From the NCBI GenBank assembly GCA_963733555.1, contig CAVTDO010000001.1, positions 64,913-128,912 of the forward strand: 64,000 bases of DNA. The letters are read 5' to 3'. This stretch comes from an uncultured Solirubrobacterales bacterium. Lineage in GTDB: Bacteria; Actinomycetota; Thermoleophilia; Solirubrobacterales; Solirubrobacteraceae. The position numbers and the translations under genes are program-made. This document shows positions 55,979 to 64,000 of the stretch, one piece after another; the stretch's first letter is position 1; every line of letters begins with the position of its first letter. Under the pieces are notes generated by a model that had not been told where the DNA came from, ran no database searches, and saw only the letters and a program-made list of their open reading frames with translations.

Positions 55979-57517
55979 TCAGTCCCGCTTTCCGCGCCCG
56001 TAGAGGAACTTGACCAGCCCGCGCAGCGCCTGGGTACGCAGCTTCGTGTAGGGGAACATGTGCAGGTCTCGCTTGGGCGCCAACCGGGTCACGAGAAGCG
56101 ACTGAACCTTGGTGTACTTGCGGATCCCCGCGGCGCCGTGCCGAGTGCCGAGGCCGGACGCCTTCCAACCCCCCATGGGAAGGTTGAGCGCCGTGTAATT
56201 GACCTGGGCGTCGTTGACGCACACAACGCCGGCCTGGACCCGGCGCGCCAGGGCCTCGCCACGACCCACGTCGCGGGTCCACACGCTGGCCTGAAGCCCG
56301 TACGGTGAGTCGTTGGCCAGACGGAGCGCCTCCTCGGCGTCGCCGACCTTCATGATCGGGAGCGTTGGCCCGAACGTCTCCTCGCGCATGATCTTCATCG
56401 AATGGTCGACATCAACCAGCACGGTGGGCTCGAAGAAGCGCCCGGCTTCACGCCGGCCGTGGCCGCCCACAAGGACTCGGGCTCCCTTGCTCACCGCGTC
56501 CTGGACGTGATCCTCGATGATGTCGAGCTGGGGCGGGAAGGTGACCGCGCCGACGTCGACCGAACCGATGCCGCCGGGGGGACCCTGGCGGAGCTTGCGC
56601 ACGTTGTTGGTCACCTTCTCGACGAAGGCGTCATACACCGGTGCCTCGACGTAACAGCGCTCCACCGAGATGCATACCTGGCCGGCGTTGTTCATCGAGT
56701 AGAAGGCGGCGGCGTTGGCGGCACGATCGACGTCGGCGTCGGCGCAGACGATCATCGGGTCCTTGCCCCCCAGCTCGAGGTAGCAGGGGATGAGGCGCTC
56801 GGCGGCGGCCTTCATGACCTTCTTGCCCGTCGCCGTCGAGCCGGTGAACATCATGCAGTCGACGTGCTGGATGAGCGCCGCGCCCGTCGAGCCATCGCCG
56901 GTGGCGACCTGGAAGACACCGTCCGGAAGCCCGCACTCACGCAGCATCTCCTCCATCAGGAGCGAGCTCAGCGGCGTCTCCTCACTCGGCTTGAGGATGA
57001 CGCTGTTACCCGCCGCCATGGCCGGGATGCAGTCGCCGAACGAGTTCGTGATGGGGTAGTTCCACGGGCCGATGACGCCCACGACCCCGAGCGGGGCGTA
57101 GCGGATGACGAGCTTCTTGCCCGCCACGAGCGGGTTGTTCCACGACGGCACAGCTTCGTCGGCCAGATACTTCGGCGCCTGCTTGGCCCAGAAGCCGAGC
57201 GCCCCCACGGTGTAGCCGTAGTCCGTTATCTGGGCGTCCTCCACCGTCTTGCCTGACTCGGAGCAGACGACGTCGATGATCCTCTCGACATTGTCGACCA
57301 TCCACTTCTGGGCCCGCCGGAGCACGCGGCCACGCTCCTCGAAGCCCGCCTGCTCCCAGGCCGGCTGGGCCGCGCGCGCGCGCTCGGCCATCTCCCGGAG
57401 CTCGGCCTCGCCGAGCAGCGGAACCGTCGTGAGCAGCTCACCGGTGGCCGGGTTCTCGACTCCGATCGTGGCCGCGGACCTGGATCCGCTCGACGGTTGC
57501 TCGGTGACGCTCGCCAT
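55979..57517 (-). CDS. Aldehyde dehydrogenase (succinate-semialdehyde dehydrogenase-like)
   Basis: 'GPWNYP', 'FTGSTATG', 'ELGGKDP', 'GQVCIS', 'EETFGP'. Confidence 0.93.
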   Translation of the reverse strand: MASVTEQPSSGSRSAATIGVENPATGELLTTVPLLGEAELREMAERARAAQPAWEQAGFEERGRVLRRAQKWMVDNVERIIDVVCSESGKTVEDAQITDYGYTVGALGFWAKQAPKYLADEAVPSWNNPLVAGKKLVIRYAPLGVVGVIGPWNYPITNSFGDCIPAMAAGNSVILKPSEETPLSSLLMEEMLRECGLPDGVFQVATGDGSTGAALIQHVDCMMFTGSTATGKKVMKAAAERLIPCYLELGGKDPMIVCADADVDRAANAAAFYSMNNAGQVCISVERCYVEAPVYDAFVEKVTNNVRKLRQGPPGGIGSVDVGAVTFPPQLDIIEDHVQDAVSKGARVLVGGHGRREAGRFFEPTVLVDVDHSMKIMREETFGPTLPIMKVGDAEEALRLANDSPYGLQASVWTRDVGRGEALARRVQAGVVCVNDAQVNYTALNLPMGGWKASGLGTRHGAAGIRKYTKVQSLLVTRLAPKRDLHMFPYTKLRTQALRGLVKFLYGRGKRD

Positions 57518-57552
57518 GTCTCTGCCTCCCTCGAACCTTGGACTACCCAAGC

Positions 57553-58008
57553 CTAATCGAGCTCTATCGACTCGATGCGCGGCGGATCGAGCGGCCGGTC
57601 ACCGGCGTCGGTGGGGAGCGCCTCGATCGCGTCGACCACCTCCATGCCTCCGGTCACCTGGCCGAACACCGTGTGCTTGCCGTCGAGCCACGGGGCGGCA
57701 CCGGTGGTGACGATGAAGAACTGCGACCCGTTCGTATTCGGTCCCGCATTGGCCATGGCCAGGGCGCCCCGGACGACCTTGCGCTGGTTGATCTCGTCCT
57801 CGAACGTGTAGCCCGGGCCGCCGGTTCCGGTCCCCTGGGGGTCGCCGCCCTGGATCATGAAGTCACGGATGATCCGGTGGAAGATGACGCCGTCGTAGAA
57901 GTTCTCCCGCGCGAGTTTCGAGAAGTTCTCGACCGTCTTGGGGGCATCGTCGTCGAACAGTTCGAGCTCGAGCGTGCCCTGGGTTGTGTGCATCTTGGCT
58001 GTAGACAT
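57553..58008 (-). CDS. Peptidyl-prolyl cis-trans isomerase (cyclophilin)
   Basis: '[14 protein letters not shown]', '[18 protein letters not shown]', 'LDGKHTVFG'. Confidence 0.95.
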   Translation of the reverse strand: MSTAKMHTTQGTLELELFDDDAPKTVENFSKLARENFYDGVIFHRIIRDFMIQGGDPQGTGTGGPGYTFEDEINQRKVVRGALAMANAGPNTNGSQFFIVTTGAAPWLDGKHTVFGQVTGGMEVVDAIEALPTDAGDRPLDPPRIESIELD

Positions 58009-58033
58009 GACGTCGAGCCTAGCCCAGCCGCCC

Positions 58034-59455
58034 TCAGGCCCGTGCCGGCTCCAGGCGCAGGCGCTGGCCGCGGACCTCGGTGCCGCTGACCAGGTCGACC
58101 ACGCGCTGCGCCTCCTGGGCCGGAACCTCGACGAAGGCAAAGCGCTCGAGCACGCGAACATTGCGGACCGCCTCGCCGTCAAGCCCGGTGGCGGCGGTGA
58201 TCGAATGGATGATGTCTGACGGCTCGAGCCCGGCCGCCCGGCCGCCGGAGACGATCAGCTTCCGCGCTTCGCCGTCGCCGGTCGGAGGATCGTGGGGCTT
58301 GGAGTGACGCCGCGGCTTGGGCTTGACCGGCGCCGGCGCCACGCGGGCCTCCGGCGCCCACGGGGCCAGCTCCACGCCGGCGTGGCGCTCGATGGCCTCG
58401 ATCTCACGCTTCTGGCGAGACTCGAAAAGCGTGATGGCCCGGCCGCTGCGCCCCACCCGGGCCGTACGCCCGATGCGATGCACGTACACATCGGGTGAGG
58501 TGGGGACGTCGTAGTTGATGACGACCGAAACGCCGGAGATATCCAGCCCCCGGGCGGCGACATCGGTGGCCACGAGCAGCGGCAGACCCCGCTCCTTGAA
58601 CGCGATCATCACGCCGTCGCGGGCTCCCTGGGTCATGTCCCCGTGCAGGGCGCGCGCGTCCATTCCGCGGTCACGGAGCTTGTGGTAGAGGTCCTCGCAG
58701 CGGATCTTGGTGCGCACGAAGACGATCGCCTGCTTCGGGCGCTCGGACTGGAGCACCTCGATCAGCCGGTCGGTCTTCTCACGCGCGGGAACCTCAAGCG
58801 CGAACTGCTCGACCGTGTCGACGGTCAGCGTCGCCGCCTCCACCTTCACCGTCACCGGGTCGTAGAGGTACTTCTCGGCCAGCCTGCGGATCGGGGGCGG
58901 CATGGTGGCGCTGAAGAGCGCCGTCTGACGGCTGGAGGGGGTGAGCGAGAGGATCCGCTCCACGTCCTCGATAAAGCCCAGGTCGAGCATCTCGTCCGCC
59001 TCGTCGAGGACGACGAAGCGGCAGGAATGAAGGAGGAGGCTGTGGCGGGAGATCAGATCCTTGACCCGTCCCACGGTGCCGACCACGATCTGGCCGCCCG
59101 CCCGGAGCTGCGACTGCTGGCTCCGGATCGGCGCCCCGCCGAACACCGCCACCACGTCGACTCCGCTACGCGACCCGTAGGTCCGAAGCGCCTGGGTGAC
59201 CTGGATGCAGAGCTCCCGCGTCGGCGTGAGCACGAGGCCCTGGACCTCGTCCTCGTCGGGATCGACGTACTGGATCATCGGCAGCCCGAAGGCCGCCGTC
59301 TTGCCTGAGCCGGTCTGGGCCTGGCCGATCACGTCCTTGCCCTGGAGCAGCGGCGGAATCGCCTGCTCCTGGATCGGGCTCGGCGCCTCGTAGCCCACCT
59401 CGTGCAGCGCGTCGAGGATCTTGGGACCCAGCCCCAGCTCGGCAAAGCTCGTCAT
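58034..59455 (-). CDS. DEAD-box RNA helicase with C-terminal DbpA-type RNA-binding domain (DeaD-like)
   Basis: Q motif, [30 protein letters not shown] and HRIGRTAR motifs. Confidence 0.95.
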   Translation of the reverse strand: MTSFAELGLGPKILDALHEVGYEAPSPIQEQAIPPLLQGKDVIGQAQTGSGKTAAFGLPMIQYVDPDEDEVQGLVLTPTRELCIQVTQALRTYGSRSGVDVVAVFGGAPIRSQQSQLRAGGQIVVGTVGRVKDLISRHSLLLHSCRFVVLDEADEMLDLGFIEDVERILSLTPSSRQTALFSATMPPPIRRLAEKYLYDPVTVKVEAATLTVDTVEQFALEVPAREKTDRLIEVLQSERPKQAIVFVRTKIRCEDLYHKLRDRGMDARALHGDMTQGARDGVMIAFKERGLPLLVATDVAARGLDISGVSVVINYDVPTSPDVYVHRIGRTARVGRSGRAITLFESRQKREIEAIERHAGVELAPWAPEARVAPAPVKPKPRRHSKPHDPPTGDGEARKLIVSGGRAAGLEPSDIIHSITAATGLDGEAVRNVRVLERFAFVEVPAQEAQRVVDLVSGTEVRGQRLRLEPARA

Positions 59456-59570
59456 CGATCTGGCCCCTGCGCAGAGGTGAGCCCCGACATAAAGAAATCC
59501 ATTGCCTTGGAAGATAGCTGCGAGGGCGCCTTCGACCTTCGGCCGTCGCTCCCGGCAGCGACTTCCCAGG

Positions 59571-59608
59571 TGATATAGTTCGGTGCCGAATGATTCGGAA
59601 CCTAATCA
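59571..59608 (+). promoter_or_regulatory. Extended -10 (TGaTATAGT) overlapped by two tandem 18-bp palindromes (candidate MarR operators)
   Basis: TAGTTCGG-TG-CCGAATGA (59576-59593) and TGATTCGG-AA-CCTAATCA (59591-59608). Confidence 0.55.
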
Positions 59609-61070
59609 ATCATGGCTGACACCGCGCGACCGCATCGAGCGCCACGTGTGGCTGATCTGCGGGGTCGTGATCATCGGCTCCGCGATGTCGATCCTCGACA
59701 CGACGATCGTCAACGTCGCCCTGGAAACCCTCAGCCGCGAGCTTCATTCGACGATCAGCCAGATCCAATGGGTCGTGACTGCCTACATGCTCGCTCTGGC
59801 CGCTGTGATCCCGATCTCAGGCTGGGCAGCGGGGCGCTTCGGCGCGCGGCGGATGTACGTCACCTCGCTGATCCTCTTCACCGCCGGTTCGATGCTGTGC
59901 GGGCTCTCGACCAGCACGACCGAGCTCGTGGTCTTCCGCGTGCTGCAGGGCGTGGGCGGAGGCATGATCATGCCGCTGGGGATGATGATGATGGCCGGGG
60001 CGGCCGGGCCCAAGCGGATGGGTCGCGTCATGAGCGTGGTCGCGATGCCGATGATGCTGGCGCCGATCCTCGGCCCGGCACTCGGCGGACTGATCGTTCA
60101 GAACACCTCGTGGCGATGGATCTTCTACGTCAACGTCCCGATCGGCGTGATCGCGGTGATCGCCGCGCTGCGCATCCTGCCGGAGGGGAAGTCGGGGTCG
60201 CCACGCCGGCTCGACTACCGGGGGCTGGCTTACATGGCGGTCGGCCTCCCGCTGCTCACCTACGGCCTAGCCGAGGTGGGGAGCACGGGCAGCTTCACCT
60301 CGACCAAGGTCATCATCCCGGTCCTCGCCGGGCTCGCCCTGATCGGCGTCTTCGCAGTTCACGCCCTCCGAGTACCCAACCCGCTGCTCAACCTGCGGCT
60401 GTACAAGCGCCCGACCTTCTCCACGGCTTCGGTGGCCACGTTCTTCCTGGGTGCCGCCCTGTTCGGCGGAATGATCCTGCTCCCCCTCTACTGGCAGAAC
60501 ATCCGCCACGAGAGCGTCGTTGACACCGGCCTGCTGACCGCGCCGCAGGGCCTCGGCATGGCGCTCATGATGCCCATCGTCGGCAGACTCACCGACCGGT
60601 TGGGTGGCGGGCCGCTGACTCTGTTCGGCGTGACGCTGACGACGCTGGCCACGATTCCCTTCGGCCTGATCGGCGCCCACACCTCGATCGTCTGGCTGTC
60701 GGTGGCGATGCTCGTCCGGGGGATGGGCATCGGCTTCGCGATGATGCCGGCGATGACCGCCGCGTTTGCCGCACTCGAGCGCTCGGAGCTGGCCGATGCC
60801 ACCCCGCAGCTGAACGTGGTCCAGCGCACCGGCGGCTCCCTCGGCACCGCCGTGCTCGCGGTCGTGCTGCAACGGGCGGTGAGCGGCACCCACGGCGTGG
60901 CCGCGGCCGCCTCTGGCTATGGCACGGCGTTCTGGGCCGCGGCAGCGCTGACCGCGGTCGCGATCATCCCGTGCTTCATCCTCCTGCGAGCCGAGCGGGC
61001 GGCACGTAGGGCCCATCCGGACGTGGGGCCGCCCTCCAGCGAGGCGGCCCTGGAGGCGGCCGCGGCGTGA
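59583..61070 (+). CDS. DHA2 (EmrB/QacA) MFS efflux transporter; start uncertain
   Basis: 'LDTTIVNVAL', 'WVVTAYML', 'FRVLQGVGGG', 'GPALGG', 'W.WIFYVNVPIG'. Confidence 0.93.
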   Translation: MPNDSEPNQSWLTPRDRIERHVWLICGVVIIGSAMSILDTTIVNVALETLSRELHSTISQIQWVVTAYMLALAAVIPISGWAAGRFGARRMYVTSLILFTAGSMLCGLSTSTTELVVFRVLQGVGGGMIMPLGMMMMAGAAGPKRMGRVMSVVAMPMMLAPILGPALGGLIVQNTSWRWIFYVNVPIGVIAVIAALRILPEGKSGSPRRLDYRGLAYMAVGLPLLTYGLAEVGSTGSFTSTKVIIPVLAGLALIGVFAVHALRVPNPLLNLRLYKRPTFSTASVATFFLGAALFGGMILLPLYWQNIRHESVVDTGLLTAPQGLGMALMMPIVGRLTDRLGGGPLTLFGVTLTTLATIPFGLIGAHTSIVWLSVAMLVRGMGIGFAMMPAMTAAFAALERSELADATPQLNVVQRTGGSLGTAVLAVVLQRAVSGTHGVAAAASGYGTAFWAAAALTAVAIIPCFILLRAERAARRAHPDVGPPSSEAALEAAAA

Positions 61071-61522
61071 GCGTCCGGACTGAGACCCGGGGCGAGGTCC
61101 TGGAGGCAGTCGGGCGTGCCTTCAAGGGCGTCAGCGCCGCCCAGCGGCGCCTGCGGGCGCGCTATTCGCATCGCCCCGGCGAGCTCAGCTACGCCCAGTA
61201 CGGGCTCCTCTTCGGTCTCTACTTCGGCGAGCCCATGTCCTCACGTGACCTGGCCGCCGCCGCCGACGTCTCACCCGCCACCGCGGCTGAGATGCTCGAC
61301 GGGCTCGCGGCTTCAGGCCTCGTCGAGCGCGTTCGCTCCGAGGACGACAAGCGGATCGTCCTCACCTCGCTGACCGAGCGCGGCCGGGCCGTGGTCGATG
61401 AGCGGCGCGCCCAGTACGAGCCCTCCTTCCGGGCGGCACTCGACGGCTTCAGCGACGCGGAACTCCGCTCGGCCGCACGCGTGCTCGACGCGCTCCGCCA
61501 GATGTTCGACGAGCTGGCCTGA
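61067..61522 (+). CDS. MarR family transcriptional regulator
   Basis: GTGA overlap; 'LS.AQY.LL', wing 'GLVER.RS.DDKR.V...LTERG'. Confidence 0.92.
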   Translation: MSVRTETRGEVLEAVGRAFKGVSAAQRRLRARYSHRPGELSYAQYGLLFGLYFGEPMSSRDLAAAADVSPATAAEMLDGLAASGLVERVRSEDDKRIVLTSLTERGRAVVDERRAQYEPSFRAALDGFSDAELRSAARVLDALRQMFDELA

Positions 61523-61525
61523 GCC

Positions 61526-62413
61526 TCAGGCGAAAGCGACCCGGCCGGCCAGGTGCGGCGTTCCCTTGCCCGCCCCCCGCACCGCGAAGCGGATCCCGGT
61601 CGCCTCTGACTGTTCCTGGAACTCCACCGTGGCCGGGAGCAGGATCGGCTTCTTGAACTCGACCTCGACCGTGTAGGCCTCGGGAAGGCGCGGGTCCAGG
61701 GCGGCCAGGCACCTCGCCTTGGTCCACATCCCGTGGGCAATCGCGGTGGGAAAGCCGAACAGCCGCGCGCTCAGGGAATGGATGTGGATCGGGTTCATGT
61801 CACCGGACACGGAGCCGTAGCGCCGTCCCAGATCCCCGGGCAGGCGCCAGGTGGCGGTCACGGGGAGCTGTGGCTCCTCGTTCCCGTTGCGCCGCTTCTC
61901 GCTCCCATCGCCGGAGCCGCCTCCACGCTTGAGATAGGTCGAGTCCTCTTCCCACGCCAGCTCGTCACCCACCCGGGTCTCGGTGCGAAACACGAACTGC
62001 TGGCCCCGTGGATGGTCCTTCAGGTCGGTCGCCCAAACCCGGATCTCCAGCTCCTGGCTGATCCGGATCGGCCGGTGCTGAACGATCCGGTTGGCGATGT
62101 GCACGAGCCCCAGGGCGGAAAACGGGAAGCTCGAATCCGTCATCAGCGAGAGCTGAAGGGGGAAGGCGAGCATGTGTGGGTACGTGGCCGGAAGCTGATC
62201 CCGGAGGGGGAACTTGCACACGCGGTCGTAGTCGCCCAGGCGCTCGCGATCCACCGTCACGTTCTCGAGGACGAGCGTCAGGTCCGGTAGGCCGCCGTCC
62301 CCGCCACCGGATCCCACGAAGGGCAGACGGGAGGCCCCTGGGATGGTCGCCGCGCCGGCGCGGGCGAACAGGCGGAGCATGCTCGGGGAGCTGGAGAGGA
62401 TGCGCTCGCTCAT
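61526..62413 (-). CDS. MaoC-like double-hotdog acyl dehydratase (HtdX-like)
   Basis: 'TYPHMLAFP', 'GLVHIANRI', 'YGSVSGDMNPIH', 'IAHGMW'. Confidence 0.88.
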   Translation of the reverse strand: MSERILSSSPSMLRLFARAGAATIPGASRLPFVGSGGGDGGLPDLTLVLENVTVDRERLGDYDRVCKFPLRDQLPATYPHMLAFPLQLSLMTDSSFPFSALGLVHIANRIVQHRPIRISQELEIRVWATDLKDHPRGQQFVFRTETRVGDELAWEEDSTYLKRGGGSGDGSEKRRNGNEEPQLPVTATWRLPGDLGRRYGSVSGDMNPIHIHSLSARLFGFPTAIAHGMWTKARCLAALDPRLPEAYTVEVEFKKPILLPATVEFQEQSEATGIRFAVRGAGKGTPHLAGRVAFA

Positions 62414-62421
62414 GAGAGCAC

Positions 62422-63831
62422 CTAGGCCCCGATCAGGCTCTGCCCGCAGACGCGGGTCACGTTCCCGTTCACGCCTGCCGAGGCCGGGCTGGCGAACCAA
62501 GCGATGGTCTCGGCCACGTCAACGGGCAGGCCGCCCTGCTGGAGGCTGCTCATGCGCCGGCCTGCCTCCCGGGTGGCGATCGGCATGGCCGCTGTCATCT
62601 GGGTCTCGATGAACCCGGGAGCGACCGCGTTGACTGTGCAGGCCCGCTCGGCCAGAGGGCCGGAGTAGGCCTCGACGATCCCGATGATCCCCGCCTTCGA
62701 GGTTGAGTAGTTGGTCTGGCCGGCATTCCCGGCAATGCCGCTGATCGAGGAGACGAGCACCACGCGACCGTTCTCCCGCACCGCCTGGCGCCGGAACAGG
62801 GCCTCGTCGATCCGGTGCGGCGCACGCAGGTTGATGTCGATGACCATCCGCCACAACTCATCCGTCATCCGCCCGAGCGTCTTGTCCCGGGTGACGCCGG
62901 CGTTGTGCACGACGACGTCGACGCCACCGTGGTTCTCGAGCACGTGGGAGGCGATCCGCTCCGGAGCGTCCTCGTCCGTGATATCGAGGGCCAGCGCCGA
63001 TCCCCCGAGGCGCGCCGTCACCTCGCCGAGTTGCTCCTCCTGCGCGGGCACGTCCACGCCGACCACGTGCACGCCGTCCCGGGCCAGCACCTCGGCGATC
63101 GACGCGCCGATCCCGCGTGAGGCCCCGGTGACGATGGCGACCTTGGCCGCCAGGGGACGGTCCCAGTCGATCCCCTCCCAACTCGCCACGGCCCGCCCGA
63201 TCCGCACAACCTGGCCTGACACGTACGCCGACTTGGGCGAGAGGAAGAACCGCAGAGTCGACGCCACCTCACCCTCGGCTCCGTCGGCCACGTAGACGAG
63301 CTGAGAGGTCGAGCCGCGACGGACCTCCTTGCCCATCGACCGCGTGAGACCCTCGAGCGCCCGCTGGGCCACGTGCTGTTGCGGGTCCTCGATCTGGTCG
63401 GGTGGGCGCCCCAGCACGATGATGCGGCCGTTGGCCCGGACCCGGCGGATCGTGGCGTGGAAGAACTCGTACACCTCGAGAAGGTCGGCCGGGTCGGCGA
63501 TCCCGCTCGCGTCGAAGACGACGGCCTTGAACCGGTCCTCCTCGTCAGCCGTCTCGGGATTGAAGATGCCCGCGTTGATCCCCGCGTCGGCCGCCGCCTG
63601 CCGTGCCTCCTCCTGAAGCGGCGTGCGCACCTCAGCCTCGATCGCGGCCAGCGTCTGCGCGATGCCGGCGACGAGGGTCGAACCGGCGGCGGCGCCGAGC
63701 AGGACCGGCCCGTCGATCACCGGTTGGCCGGGCTTGTAGCGCTGGAGCGGAGTCGGCGCGGGGAGCCCGATCTGCTTGGAGAGCATCTTGCCCACCGGGG
63801 TGTTGATCAGCTGCTGGTAGCGGTCGGCCAT
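62422..63831 (-). CDS. fabG4: 3-oxoacyl-[ACP/CoA] reductase, high-molecular-weight FabG4 type
   Basis: N-terminal extra domain plus SDR 'TGASRGIG', 'HNAGVTRD', 'NYSTSKAG', 'VAPGFIET', 'RVCGQSLIGA'. Confidence 0.88.
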   Translation of the reverse strand: MADRYQQLINTPVGKMLSKQIGLPAPTPLQRYKPGQPVIDGPVLLGAAAGSTLVAGIAQTLAAIEAEVRTPLQEEARQAAADAGINAGIFNPETADEEDRFKAVVFDASGIADPADLLEVYEFFHATIRRVRANGRIIVLGRPPDQIEDPQQHVAQRALEGLTRSMGKEVRRGSTSQLVYVADGAEGEVASTLRFFLSPKSAYVSGQVVRIGRAVASWEGIDWDRPLAAKVAIVTGASRGIGASIAEVLARDGVHVVGVDVPAQEEQLGEVTARLGGSALALDITDEDAPERIASHVLENHGGVDVVVHNAGVTRDKTLGRMTDELWRMVIDINLRAPHRIDEALFRRQAVRENGRVVLVSSISGIAGNAGQTNYSTSKAGIIGIVEAYSGPLAERACTVNAVAPGFIETQMTAAMPIATREAGRRMSSLQQGGLPVDVAETIAWFASPASAGVNGNVTRVCGQSLIGA

Positions 63832-63833
63832 GA

Positions 63834-64000
63834 CTATGCCTCCATGATCGCGGTCACGCCCATGCCGCCGGCGGCACAGATCGAGATGAGGCCCCGGCTG
63901 CCCGGGCCCTTCTCCTGGAGCTCCTTGGCCAGGGAGGCGACGATCCGGCCGCCCGTGGCCGCGAACGGGTGTCCAGCGGCGAGAGAGCCACCGTGCACGT
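63834..64000 (-). CDS. Acetyl-CoA C-acyltransferase (thiolase, FadA2-like), C-terminal fragment
   Basis: 'HGGSLAAGHPFAATGGRIVASLAK...GLISICAAGGMGVTAIMEA*'. Confidence 0.9.
   Translation of the reverse strand, partial: VHGGSLAAGHPFAATGGRIVASLAKELQEKGPGSRGLISICAAGGMGVTAIMEA

Overview
High-GC actinobacterial chromosomal window, most consistent with Thermoleophilia/Solirubrobacterales (inference from gene content and style). No CRISPR array, integrase, transposase or rRNA was recognised. It contains: a small redox/stress gene block whose first gene is a DsbA/FrnE-family protein with an in-frame TGA at the first Cys of its CxxC motif (selenoprotein candidate, missed by the ORF track); an ABC transporter; a block of secreted enzymes (alpha/beta hydrolase, L,D-transpeptidase, Tat-exported phospholipase C), two of which end in a shared basic-stretch + FTG-stop tail; lipid/acyl-CoA enzymes; tRNA-Ser(GGA) convergent with serS; a cytochrome c/cupredoxin-like lipoprotein pair; a ~150-nt 6S-like structured RNA candidate; a complete nuoA-N operon; a tandem-domain ThyX; a large secreted Phi-1/EXORDIUM-like protein; a LytS/LytTR + SatP + Acs acetate module with a 21-bp-period direct repeat; bcp; DUF1326/DUF2182; Fpg/Nei; APH+HAD; ALDH; cyclophilin; DEAD-box helicase; MFS+MarR; and fadA2-fabG4-htdX-like genes. 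Many single-base frameshifts (dense at about 42.5-49.4 kb, isolated at about 10.9, 14.3, 14.5 and 53.9 kb) look like sequencing/assembly indels. Family assignments come from motif recognition by eye, not database searches.
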